Of a stretch of DNA of 64,000 nucleotides, positions 9,359-18,814 are shown in pieces. Under the pieces are notes generated by a model, which worked only from the letters and a program-made list of their open reading frames with translations, did not search any database and had not been told where the DNA came from. How positions within the stretch are numbered: the stretch's first letter is position 1; each line of letters starts with the position of its first letter. The stretch lies in contig CBDASK010000003.1 of the NCBI GenBank assembly GCA_965199495.1, positions 2,496,001 through 2,560,000 of the forward strand, in the 5' to 3' direction. Origin of the DNA: Abditibacterium sp. GTDB taxonomy: Bacteria; Armatimonadota; Abditibacteriia; Abditibacteriales; Abditibacteriaceae. A program made the translations under genes and the position numbers.

Positions 9359-10003
9359 TCAATCCACTCCGAACTCGAAACGCGCGTTGCCCAGCGAAAT
9401 TTCGTCGCCTGCGTTTAATTCCTGTTCGCCGCTCAAACGCGAAAACGCGCCTGCGCCGCCCGCGCGCCAAAAGGTGCCGTTGCTCGATCCCATATCTTTG
9501 ACAAACCATTTGCTGTTGCCACCATCGCGGCGAAACTCGGCGTGATGGCGCGAAACATACGACGCTTCGGGCAAAGGCGCCAAATCTACGTCAACCGGGC
9601 CACTATCGGGATCGAAGCGCCCGACGACGGCGCCGCTGGCAAAACGAAACGTTTCGCTTGTCAAAGCGCCGCCGCGCCGCAACGTGATATGCGCCATCTC
9701 GGTCGCCGTGGCTGCTGTGGGCACAGGCGTTGATGCGATTTGCGATTTATCGAGAACAACTGTCGAATCGGACGGGGAAAATTCGTAATTCGGCGCGTCC
9801 AGATTCATCGGTTCGGCGGCGTTATCGCCGCCGAATTCGTTGCCAAAGTCAACGGTATAACCGGCGCCGTCGTTGCCGCCGCTTGCAATGGGCGCGATTT
9901 GCGGCGCGTTGGCGGCGGGAACGGACTCGAATTCCATGCCGCAGTCGGGACAGACATCGGCATCGTCGGCGACGCTGGCGCCGCAGGTTAAACAGGTTTT
10001 CAT
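9359..10003 (-). CDS. Zn-ribbon plus FHA domain protein
   Basis: CLTC-x10-CPDC; FHA motifs VGR, VSRHHA, DMGSSNGT. Start could alternatively be 10012. Confidence 0.9.
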   Translation of the reverse strand: MKTCLTCGASVADDADVCPDCGMEFESVPAANAPQIAPIASGGNDGAGYTVDFGNEFGGDNAAEPMNLDAPNYEFSPSDSTVVLDKSQIASTPVPTAATATEMAHITLRRGGALTSETFRFASGAVVGRFDPDSGPVDVDLAPLPEASYVSRHHAEFRRDGGNSKWFVKDMGSSNGTFWRAGGAGAFSRLSGEQELNAGDEISLGNARFEFGVD

Positions 10004-10050
10004 AGGACGCATTCTATTTTAGTTGATTCGGTGGACAAATTCGCCAAATA

Positions 10051-11247
10051 TTAACCCAACTTATTCACCCACATCATCGGAATCGCGTAGCTCATGCCGG
10101 TGCCCTCGACGCCGCTCGAAATGACACCGACGACCTCGCCGCGATTATTTACAACCGGCCCGCCCGAATTGCCGTGTGTGACTGAGCCGCCCAACTGAAT
10201 CACCGAAACCGCGCCACTTTTGTCGGTTTGCAAACGTTCGACGCGCACGGCTTTCACCGAAACCGAAGGCAAATCGCCATCGAGCGTTAAAGTTTGCACG
10301 CCAAGCGGAAAGCCGACGACGTAAACCTCGTCGGTTTCTTGCAGCGCTTCGGAACGGCCCGCCGAAAGCGCCGGAGATTGCCCGGCGTCGAGCGTGATTG
10401 TGGCCAAATCGTCCTGAAAGTCGGCGCCCTGCGTTTGGGGCGCGACGCGGATGCTCGAAGCAGCCACGGCGACGCTTCGTTCGCGCGGCGTGCCCGCATC
10501 GAAGATCAAACGGCAAGGGGCGACGCTGCCATCGGCGTTGACGACGACATGGCGATTGGTCACGATGCGGCGCGCATCGCCCAGCGCGAACCCCGAACCC
10601 ATCGCCCACGCGTTGCCGTCGCGGTGCGCGATTAACACTGTCGCGGCTTTGACATTTTGCAACGCGGCGGGCGCCAATTTGCCGCCGACCGGTTCGACGC
10701 CGGGCGCCAGTTGCGTTTGAGAGGCGTCCACATTTGTCGGCGCGGCGGGCACTTTGGGCAAATTCTCGACGCGGGCGCTGGGCGCCGTGGCTGCATCGGG
10801 CGCGCCCTGTCCGCGCAGTCCTATGACGCCCAGCACCAGCACAATCGCCGCCGTGCCCGCGATGCCCCCTTTTTGCGGCGCGCCCAATGCGTGCCATCTG
10901 TTCAGTTTTTGCTTGGCGTTACTTTTAACCTCGCTCGCAGACGATTTTCGCGATGACGGCAATTGCACCGTCGCGTTGAAATCGCCCAGTTGGATTTGGT
11001 CGCCGTCGCGCAAGTTGGCTTTGTCCACTTTCTTGCCGTTGACCAGCAAACCGTTGGTGGAGTGTTCATCGCTGACCGACAAAGTTTTGCCGTCCCAACC
11101 GAAGCGCGCGTGACGTCGCGAAACGCGTTGATAACCGCTCAGTTCCAGATCGCAATCGGCGGCGCGCCCGATGAATTGCGTGCCGGTGAGAGCCAGCGTG
11201 CGGCCCGTCATTGGGCCGCTTTGAACGAGAAGCGTAGGGAAATTCAT
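10051..11247 (-). CDS. FHA domain, TM segment and trypsin-like serine protease
   Basis: FHA motifs IGR/VSRRHA/STNG, one TM segment, trypsin triad motifs TNRHVV, DDLA and HGNSGGP. Start chosen at MNFPTLL. Confidence 0.9.
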   Translation of the reverse strand: MNFPTLLVQSGPMTGRTLALTGTQFIGRAADCDLELSGYQRVSRRHARFGWDGKTLSVSDEHSTNGLLVNGKKVDKANLRDGDQIQLGDFNATVQLPSSRKSSASEVKSNAKQKLNRWHALGAPQKGGIAGTAAIVLVLGVIGLRGQGAPDAATAPSARVENLPKVPAAPTNVDASQTQLAPGVEPVGGKLAPAALQNVKAATVLIAHRDGNAWAMGSGFALGDARRIVTNRHVVVNADGSVAPCRLIFDAGTPRERSVAVAASSIRVAPQTQGADFQDDLATITLDAGQSPALSAGRSEALQETDEVYVVGFPLGVQTLTLDGDLPSVSVKAVRVERLQTDKSGAVSVIQLGGSVTHGNSGGPVVNNRGEVVGVISSGVEGTGMSYAIPMMWVNKLG

Positions 11248-11314
11248 CGGAGCAAACGCACCAGAGTCGCGCGCTGGAAGTATGAAATAATTCGAGATGA
11301 GTTGACGAAAAACC

Positions 11315-11351
11315 AAAAACGCCCACCGAAAGTCAATCGGCGGGCGTTTTT
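11315..11351 (-). terminator. Intrinsic terminator after tRNA-Pro
   Basis: Hairpin AAAAACGCCC...GGGCGTTTTT immediately 3' of the tRNA. Confidence 0.75.
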
Positions 11352-11361
11352 AAATTGCAAT

Positions 11362-11435
11362 TCGGGATAGCCGGATTTGAACCGACGACCTCTTGACCCC
11401 CAGTCAAGCGCGCTACCAAGCTGCGCCATATCCCG
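11362..11435 (-). tRNA. tRNA-Pro (GGG)
   Basis: Reverse complement CGGGATATGGCGCAGCTTGGTAGCGCGCTTGACTGGGGGTCAAGAGGTCGTCGGTTCAAATCCGGCTATCCCGA folds as a cloverleaf with anticodon GGG. CCA is not encoded. Confidence 0.96.
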
Positions 11436-11899
11436 CGAAAAGCGAACTCTATCTTACCGCGTTTTCGCGCGCGCGTCAAGCGAACGCTTTATTTTCTGCG
11501 TTGCCGATTGCACGCGCACTATAAGCGGAACTTCTCGTCTGAATAACTCCCGCCGCCCTTCAACCTTTGAAGCTCTGTTTTGGATTGCCGTTATCGGCCA
11601 TTTAGAGGATGCGTAGAGAAGAGTTGCTCCCCAGACTTTGAGAGTGGTTTTTCTTTGAAAGTTCTCTTAATTCTGTTCGGCAACCCCAAAGAAAAGAGGC
11701 GGGTTTTCCCTGCGATTTTTAGCCGAAGTCTTTAATCCCGACCTTTATGCGAGGGATTAGCAAAACGCTGCTGATGCGCTGTGCCCGTTGCGCTCATACT
11801 TTGATCGCCCCATTTCGCGCCCGAATTTTCTGGTAAGCTGCAATTGGTTTTGCGCTGTTGCGTTTGTTGGTCACTCTTTTCAAGGACGCTGCATTTCTC

Positions 11900-13849
11900 A
11901 TGTCCGTTTTTACGCCCTCTGCCTCGACGCAGGCCGATTTGCAAAACGCAAGTCAGCCCGTCGGTTCGCCTAATGGTTCGCCCGCCGCGTCGCTTTCGCG
12001 CGGGCAACGCCGCTTCGCGAAATACGGTTGGTTTCTGCTGGCCTATATGCTGGCGGCCATCGTGTGGGGCGTGTTCTTGCGAGCGACCGGTTCGGGCGAC
12101 GGTTGCGGCGCGCACTGGCCCTTATGCGACGGCGTGCTGATTCCCAATAACGGCTCGATGCTCAAGGCGTATATCGAAAGCATTCACCGCATCAGCACCG
12201 AGCTTTTGGGATTGTTCGTGATTATTCAGTTGGTGTGGGCGTTTCGCGCGTTTCCCAAAAAACATTTGGTTCGACTGGGTGCCATCGCGACTTTGTTTTT
12301 CACCCTGACCGAGGGTTGGTTGGGCGCGAAATTGGTTTTGCTGAAATTAGTCGCCTACTCGGACGCGCCGCAACGCATTTACTGGTTCGCCGGACATTCG
12401 GTCAACACGTTCTGTCTGGTCGGCGCGCTGGCTTTAACCGCGTGGTGGGCGACGACCAATCGGCGCTTGCAGTTGAAGAATCAAGGCCCGTTATTGGCGT
12501 TGGGATTGGCGGCGATTGTCGCGACTGTGGGATTATCGGTCACCGGTTCGATTTCGGCGTTGGGCGATACGCTTTATCCCGCGTCGAGCCATCTCGAAGT
12601 GATGAGCCAATCGTTGTTGCCGACCGCCACTTTCGTGATGAAAGCGCGTCCGGTTCATCCGTATACGGCGGTTGTTGTGGCGATGTTTTTGGCTCTCATG
12701 GCGGGCTTGCTTAACCATCTGCGGCCCTCGCCCAACACGCGGCGCTTCACGTTGTGGCTGTGGTTTATGCTGGGCGCGCAAATGGTGATTGGTCTGCTTA
12801 ACGTCGGCTTGCTGGCGCCGATTACTATGCAGTTGATTCATTTGGCATCGGCGCAACTGTTGTGGATTTCCTTAATTTTGCTATTTGCCTCGGCGTTTGC
12901 CGTGGGCGTGCCGCAAGTCGAAATGCAGCATATTCCGCGTGCGGTGTTGGACGGCGCGCGCGGCGGCATCAAAGATTATGTGGCGCTCACCAAGCCGCGC
13001 GTAATTTCGCTGTTGTGGTTCACCACGATGACGGGAATGTTCATCGCGGCGGGCGGTTGGCCGGGCGGCAGTTTTCTGAGCGGGCTGTGGCTGTTAGCAG
13101 CCACGGGCGCCGGGTTGTATGCGGCGGCGGGCAGTTCCAACGCGATTAATATGGTTTGCGAGCGCGACTTGGATGTGCGCATGGAGCGCACGGCTTCGCG
13201 CCCGACGGTGACCGAGCGCATTCATCCGCGCACGGCGCTGTGGTTTGCGTTTGGCCTCGAAGCGTTTTCGTTTGGGTTGTTGTGGTGGAGTTCCAATCTA
13301 TTGGCTGCCACGTTGGCTTTGGCGGGATTGGTGGTCTACGTCAACGTTTATACTCTGCTGCTGAAGCGCCGGACTTGGAGCAATATCGTCATTGGCGGCG
13401 CGGCGGGGGCGTTTCCCCCTCTTGTCGGATATGCTGCTGTCGCCAATACTCTGTCGCCGTTGGCGTGGCTGCTGTTCGCTCTGGTCTTTGTATGGACGCC
13501 GGTTCACTTCTGGGCCTTAGCGATTATGATCAAAGACGATTACGCCAAAGCCGGAGTGCCGATGCTGCCCGTCGTCAAGGGCAACCGTTATACTGTCGCC
13601 CAAATCGGGCTGTATGGCGTAATTACAGTAATCTGTTCGATTGTGCCGCTATGGTTTGGTTTGGGCTGGCTTTACGCGATTGCGGCGGTCGCATTGAACG
13701 TGTTGCTCGCCCGTGGCTGCTGGTTGTTGTGGCGTAATATAGATGATCGCAAGCGCGCATCGGGCTTGTTTCATTATTCGATGATTTATCTGGCGCTGCT
13801 GTTTTTGGCGATGGCGATTGATAAATCGATTCCGTTTGGGAAAATGTAA
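11900..13849 (+). CDS. ctaA-ctaB: Fused heme A synthase (CtaA/COX15) and heme O synthase (protoheme IX farnesyltransferase)
   Basis: N-half has GSGDGCGAHWPLC, ESIHR and HL motifs. C-half has LTKPRVISL, NMVCERDLDVRMERTASRP and WTPVHFWALA. Confidence 0.9.
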   Translation: MSVFTPSASTQADLQNASQPVGSPNGSPAASLSRGQRRFAKYGWFLLAYMLAAIVWGVFLRATGSGDGCGAHWPLCDGVLIPNNGSMLKAYIESIHRISTELLGLFVIIQLVWAFRAFPKKHLVRLGAIATLFFTLTEGWLGAKLVLLKLVAYSDAPQRIYWFAGHSVNTFCLVGALALTAWWATTNRRLQLKNQGPLLALGLAAIVATVGLSVTGSISALGDTLYPASSHLEVMSQSLLPTATFVMKARPVHPYTAVVVAMFLALMAGLLNHLRPSPNTRRFTLWLWFMLGAQMVIGLLNVGLLAPITMQLIHLASAQLLWISLILLFASAFAVGVPQVEMQHIPRAVLDGARGGIKDYVALTKPRVISLLWFTTMTGMFIAAGGWPGGSFLSGLWLLAATGAGLYAAAGSSNAINMVCERDLDVRMERTASRPTVTERIHPRTALWFAFGLEAFSFGLLWWSSNLLAATLALAGLVVYVNVYTLLLKRRTWSNIVIGGAAGAFPPLVGYAAVANTLSPLAWLLFALVFVWTPVHFWALAIMIKDDYAKAGVPMLPVVKGNRYTVAQIGLYGVITVICSIVPLWFGLGWLYAIAAVALNVLLARGCWLLWRNIDDRKRASGLFHYSMIYLALLFLAMAIDKSIPFGKM

Positions 13850-13894
13850 GTGAAGGACGCAAGTTAATCTGACCGTAAAGGTTTTTAATTTTTC

Positions 13895-14584
13895 ATGGCT
13901 CAACTGTTTCATCCAGCCAGCAACACCCTCGCCAAGCTGTCCATCGTCAGCGGCGTTTTGGGTGTGCCGCTTCTCATCGGCGCGGGCTACGCGATCAACA
14001 TGACTTACGGTTATGCGGTCTACAAACCCGTGGTTCAGCCGGTGCAGTTTTCGCATAAACATCACAACTGGGACGACGGCATTGACTGCCGTTATTGCCA
14101 TACTTCGGTCGAGAAATCCACTTCGGCGGGTATGCCCGATACGCACACCTGTATGTCGTGCCACTCGCAGATTTGGAGCGATTCGCCCGAACTTGCGCCG
14201 GTGCGCGCGTCCTACGTTTCGGGCCAGCCCATCGAGTGGAACCGCGTTCACGATTTGCCCGACTTCGTTTATTTCAACCACTCTTTGCACATCAACAAAG
14301 GCGTGGGCTGCGAATCGTGTCATGGTCGCATTGATCAGGCGCCGCTGGCGATGAAGGTTCATACTTTTTCGATGCAGTGGTGTTTGGATTGCCATCGCCA
14401 TCCCGAAAAATTCCTGCGCCCCAAAGAGGCCGTGTGGACGATGGGCTGGACGGCTGCCGACGCGGGCACAAACCCCGATACCGGCAAGCCCTTTACCCAG
14501 CGCGAATTGGGCACCAAGCTCGTCACCGAATATAAAATCGGCCACGAGCGTTATCTGACGGATTGTTACACCTGCCACGGTTAA
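13895..14584 (+). CDS. actA: Alternative complex III pentaheme cytochrome c
   Basis: N-terminal TM anchor and five CxxCH motifs (CRYCH, CMSCH, CESCH, CLDCH, CYTCH); operon order. Confidence 0.92.
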   Translation: MAQLFHPASNTLAKLSIVSGVLGVPLLIGAGYAINMTYGYAVYKPVVQPVQFSHKHHNWDDGIDCRYCHTSVEKSTSAGMPDTHTCMSCHSQIWSDSPELAPVRASYVSGQPIEWNRVHDLPDFVYFNHSLHINKGVGCESCHGRIDQAPLAMKVHTFSMQWCLDCHRHPEKFLRPKEAVWTMGWTAADAGTNPDTGKPFTQRELGTKLVTEYKIGHERYLTDCYTCHG

Positions 14585-14600
14585 AGCGGCGCAAATCATA

Positions 14601-17600
14601 ATGAGTCAACTGATTCACATTACCGACAAAAAGGGTTCTCGCATTGAGGACAAGCCGCTCGATCTCGACGACGTGCGCGCCAAACTCGCCGAAACCAACG
14701 GCAAGACCTATTGGCGTTCGCTCGATGAGCTGTCGCAAAAGCCCGGCTTCACCGAAATGCTGCGGCGCGAGTTTCCCGGTCAGGCGCCCAAAGATTGGGC
14801 GCCGCTTCCGCGTCGCGACTTTCTGAAATTGATGGGCGCGTCACTCGCGCTCGCCGGTTTGAGCGGTTGCGCGTTTCAGCCCAACGAGAAAATCGTTCCC
14901 TACGTCAATCAGCCGGAATCGGTCGTGCCGGGCATCGCCTCTTACTATGCCACGGCGATGCCGTTTTCGGGTTACGCGTTGGGACTTTTGGCCAAAAGCA
15001 CCGATGGTCGCCCGGTCAAAGTCGAGGGCAACCCCGATCATCCGACTTCGGGCGGCGTTTCGCAGTTTGCTTCGGCCAACGGCAAACCGACGCTGAAAAA
15101 ACGCGGCTCGACCGATGTTTTCGCGCAGGCTTCGCTTTTGACAATGTATGACCCGGAGCGCTCGCAATCCATTCGCCGCAGCGGCGCTTCGAGCAACTGG
15201 GACACGTTCGTCGGCGAAATCACGCAGCAAATTCAGAATTCGCGCCGCACCAGCAAAGGCGCCGATTTCGCGATCATTACCGATACCATCACGTCGCCGA
15301 CCCAAATCGGTTTGATGAACGATTTGCGCGATTTGATGCCGGAGTTGCGCTGGGTTTCTTACGAGCCAGTCAACCGCGATAACGTCACGGCGGGCACGCG
15401 TTTGGCGTTTGGGCGCGACTTGCATCCGGTCTATCATTTCGATAGGGCCGACGTTATCGTTTCGCTCGATTGCGACTTCATGCTCGAAGAGCCGGGCCGC
15501 GTGGCTCATGCGCGCGAGTTCATTGATGGTCGCCGCGTTACCGACAAAAGCGCGCGCCAGAAGATGAATCGGCTTTATGTGATCGAGTCCACGCCGACCA
15601 TCACCGGCGCGCAAGCGGATCATCGTTTCCCGGTCAAAGCCGCGCAAGTTGACGGCATCGCGCGCTCTCTGGCGCAAGCGGTCGGCGTGCAGGGCGGCGC
15701 GGGCGCGCAACAGGTGACAGCAGACCAGAACAAATGGGTTCAGGAAATCGCCAAAGACTTGAACTCGAACGCGGGCAAAGTCATCGTCGTCGCGGGTGCG
15801 CATCAGCCACCGGCGGTTCACGCACTGGCGATGGCGATGACGGAAGGCTTGAAAGGCGTGAATGACAGATTGCCCGCTCCTGACAGCGCGACCATCACTT
15901 ATCATGCGCCGATCGAGGGCGCGCCGGTTCCGCATTTGGCGGGCTTGGCGTCGGTTGTGGACGAGATGAAGGCGGGCAAAATCAAGACGGTTTTGGTGAT
16001 GGGCACCAACCCGGCTTATAGCGCGCCGCGCGATTTGGATTTTGCGGCGGCGTTCAACAAAGTTCCGTTTCGCGCGCACGTTGGGCTTTACGAAGACGAG
16101 ACCAGCAACCTTTGCACCTGGCACGTTCCCGAATCGCACTATCTGGAACAGTGGAGCGATGCGCGCGCCATTGATGGCACGGTTTCTATTGTGCAGCCGA
16201 TTATCATGCCGCTTTACGAAGCGTGCAAATCGCCGCTCGAAGTGCTGGCGATGATGGCGGGCAACGTCAACTCGTCGGGCTACGACATCGTGCGCGGCAA
16301 CTGGGCGCGCACCAAAAGTCTGGTCAACGACGGCACCTTAGCGGCGGCGAGCAATCAGGGCGAACTGGCGAAAAACTCGACTTTGACGCAGAGCGGCGCG
16401 AGCGGTTTGAACAGTCAGGGCATTAATAATGGCGCGGCGCAGGGCTTGAGCAACGGCCCGATGACGGGCGCGCAGGGCAGCAACGCGAGTAATGGTTCTG
16501 GGATTGTTGCCGTCAAGAACAGCAAAACTGGGTTAGTTGGCACTGAGGATGTCAACAACGGCACCATCAACGGCGGCGCGATGAACGGCGTCACGCCGAT
16601 GAAACCCGCGCCCAACGGCGTGACGCGCAACAGCGCGCGCGGCGTTGGCCCTGGGAATAATATCTTCTATGCCGATGGTCATGTAAAACCGAAAACTGGC
16701 GGTCAGCAAGTCGGCGCCGCCGCAACGACAACCGGCGATGCGTTTGCTTTCGACCGATTCTGGCAGGAAGCCGTTCACTCCGGCGTTATCGCTGGCACGG
16801 CGGCTCCGGCGATTAACGTGACGGCGGGCGCTTTGAATTTGCCCGCGCAAACGGTTATTGGGCAGGGCATCGAAGTCAACTTCCGGCCCGACCCGACGAT
16901 TTGGGACGGACGCTTCGCCAACAACGGTTGGTTGCAGGAATGTCCCAAGCCGCTCACCAAATTGACGTGGGACAACGCGATTCTGGTCTCGCCCAACACG
17001 GCGCACAAGAACGGTTGGAATAACGACGATGAAGTCGAGTTGACGCTTAATGGCGGCAAAGTCAAGGGCGCGATTTTCATGTTGCCCGGCCAGCCCGACG
17101 ACGCGTTGACAATTAATCTGGGTTATGGCCGCGCGCAGGTTGGCAAAATCGGCACGGGCGCCGGATTCGACGCCAATCAACTGCGCACGGTTGATGCTCC
17201 GTGGATGGCTTATGGCGTGAAAACGGCCAAGTTAGGCACGGTCTACAAATTGGCAGCCACGGCGCACCATAACCTGATCGCGCCGAGCGGTAAAGACACG
17301 ACTTTCGTCGAAGCGTTCGTCGGCGGCGATGACGCCAAGACCAAAGTCATTGACGACATGGTCACGCCCGAAACGCGCGGCAAAGATATTGACGGCACGC
17401 ACGGGCGCGACCTGATTCGCAGCGGCACCTTCGCGCAGATGCAAAAGGGTGAACTGCCCGTCGTGGAAGAAGACAAAATCGGCGTGCCGATTTCGTGGCC
17501 GCGCAATCCCACTCCGGCTTTGGCGGGCAAAGCGATGCCCACCAGAGACAGCAACGGTTTTGCGCAGGGCGATGGATTGGTTTCGACCGAAGAAGATGGC

Positions 17601-18572
17601 CGCCCACTCGCCGATGATCGCGAGTTGGCGGGCAGCCCATCGTTTTATCCGCGCGAATCGGATTATGAGGCTTCGACGCCGCTCCGTTCGGTCGTGGCGG
17701 AAAAAGATTTGGAAGCCAAGTCGGCGGCGCTGGGTCGCACCAACGTGACGCAGCAGTGGGGCATGAGCGTGGATTTGCAATCGTGCGTCGGCTGTAACGC
17801 GTGCGTCGTGGGTTGCCAATCGGAGAATAATTCGGCGATTGTCGGCAAAGATCAGGTCTTAATGGGCCGCGAAATGCACTGGATTCGCATTGATGCCTAC
17901 ATGAGCGGCTCTTACGAAAACCCCGAAGTTTATTTCGAGCCGATGATGTGCCAGCACTGCGAAAAGGCGCCGTGCGCGCCGGTTTGTCCGTTCAACGCGG
18001 TTATGGAATCGCCGGGCGGCATCAACGAACAGATTTACAATCGTTGCGTCGGCACCAAATACTGCGAGAACAACTGCCCTTATAAAGTGCGCCGTTTCAA
18101 CTTCCTGCAATATTCGGATCAGATTTCGCCGACGATTCAGTTGATGGCCAACCCCAGCGTGACCGTGCGCAGTCGCGGCGTGATGGAAAAATGCACCTAT
18201 TGCATTCAGCGCGTCAAGGCCGCGCAGTGGCAGGCTGAAAAAGAAGATCGTTTCATTGCGGACGGCGACATCATTACCGCGTGCCAACAGGCGTGTCCGA
18301 CCAACGCGATTGTGTTTGGCGATATCAACGATCCGAACTCGCAGGTCAGCAAACTCAAGCGCGGCGACTTGACGTTCGGAATTTTGACGCACTTGAATAC
18401 CGGGCCGCGCACTTCGTATACCGCGAAGATTCGCAATCCCAATCCGGCCCTCGTTGCGCTCAATCCGAAGGTTTATGGCACCGAAGTGCGCGAAGGCGAA
18501 CACGCCGAGGGCGCCGAGCATACGACGGAAAATCAGGCGTTCGTTGAAAGCAAGGGCGAGGCGAAACACTAA
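14601..18572 (+). CDS. actB: Alternative complex III subunit B (molybdopterin-oxidoreductase-like fold plus Fe-S domain)
   Basis: YWRSLDEL, Tat signal RRDFLK with LSGC lipobox, GRPVKVEGNPDHP, and C-terminal CVGCNAC, CQHC, CVGTKYCENNCPY, MEKCTYC. Confidence 0.93.
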   Translation: MSQLIHITDKKGSRIEDKPLDLDDVRAKLAETNGKTYWRSLDELSQKPGFTEMLRREFPGQAPKDWAPLPRRDFLKLMGASLALAGLSGCAFQPNEKIVPYVNQPESVVPGIASYYATAMPFSGYALGLLAKSTDGRPVKVEGNPDHPTSGGVSQFASANGKPTLKKRGSTDVFAQASLLTMYDPERSQSIRRSGASSNWDTFVGEITQQIQNSRRTSKGADFAIITDTITSPTQIGLMNDLRDLMPELRWVSYEPVNRDNVTAGTRLAFGRDLHPVYHFDRADVIVSLDCDFMLEEPGRVAHAREFIDGRRVTDKSARQKMNRLYVIESTPTITGAQADHRFPVKAAQVDGIARSLAQAVGVQGGAGAQQVTADQNKWVQEIAKDLNSNAGKVIVVAGAHQPPAVHALAMAMTEGLKGVNDRLPAPDSATITYHAPIEGAPVPHLAGLASVVDEMKAGKIKTVLVMGTNPAYSAPRDLDFAAAFNKVPFRAHVGLYEDETSNLCTWHVPESHYLEQWSDARAIDGTVSIVQPIIMPLYEACKSPLEVLAMMAGNVNSSGYDIVRGNWARTKSLVNDGTLAAASNQGELAKNSTLTQSGASGLNSQGINNGAAQGLSNGPMTGAQGSNASNGSGIVAVKNSKTGLVGTEDVNNGTINGGAMNGVTPMKPAPNGVTRNSARGVGPGNNIFYADGHVKPKTGGQQVGAAATTTGDAFAFDRFWQEAVHSGVIAGTAAPAINVTAGALNLPAQTVIGQGIEVNFRPDPTIWDGRFANNGWLQECPKPLTKLTWDNAILVSPNTAHKNGWNNDDEVELTLNGGKVKGAIFMLPGQPDDALTINLGYGRAQVGKIGTGAGFDANQLRTVDAPWMAYGVKTAKLGTVYKLAATAHHNLIAPSGKDTTFVEAFVGGDDAKTKVIDDMVTPETRGKDIDGTHGRDLIRSGTFAQMQKGELPVVEEDKIGVPISWPRNPTPALAGKAMPTRDSNGFAQGDGLVSTEEDGRPLADDRELAGSPSFYPRESDYEASTPLRSVVAEKDLEAKSAALGRTNVTQQWGMSVDLQSCVGCNACVVGCQSENNSAIVGKDQVLMGREMHWIRIDAYMSGSYENPEVYFEPMMCQHCEKAPCAPVCPFNAVMESPGGINEQIYNRCVGTKYCENNCPYKVRRFNFLQYSDQISPTIQLMANPSVTVRSRGVMEKCTYCIQRVKAAQWQAEKEDRFIADGDIITACQQACPTNAIVFGDINDPNSQVSKLKRGDLTFGILTHLNTGPRTSYTAKIRNPNPALVALNPKVYGTEVREGEHAEGAEHTTENQAFVESKGEAKH

Positions 18573-18581
18573 GGTTGAGGT

Positions 18582-18756
18582 GGGCGGTAAGTTTTCCCTC
18601 ACCCTAACCCTCTCCCGGAGGGAGAAGGAACACCTTGCCGGAAAGTAAAACTTGCTTCAACTAACTCAATAAGAAAGTTGAAGTAACTTACAGCTTCCGG
18701 CAAATCGTTCCTTCTTCCTCCGGGAGAGGGTTAGGGTGAGGGAAAACTTACTGCCC
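18582..18756. repeat. Long palindromic element between actB and actC
   Basis: ~50-bp near-perfect arms at 18582-18631 and 18707-18756 containing CCCTCACCCTAACCCTCTCCC, with further internal complementarity. Confidence 0.85.
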
Positions 18757-18814
18757 TTCGATAAATTGATAATTAAACCAACCGGCATCGCATCGCCGGA
18801 ACAATTGACACACT

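Noticed and set aside
11362..11435. tRNA-Pro as the attachment site of an island carrying the kinase cluster
   Set aside because: No integrase and no duplicated tRNA 3' end are visible. The cluster has native codon usage and many copies of the iterated motif. The far boundary lies outside the window, so this is not fully excluded.
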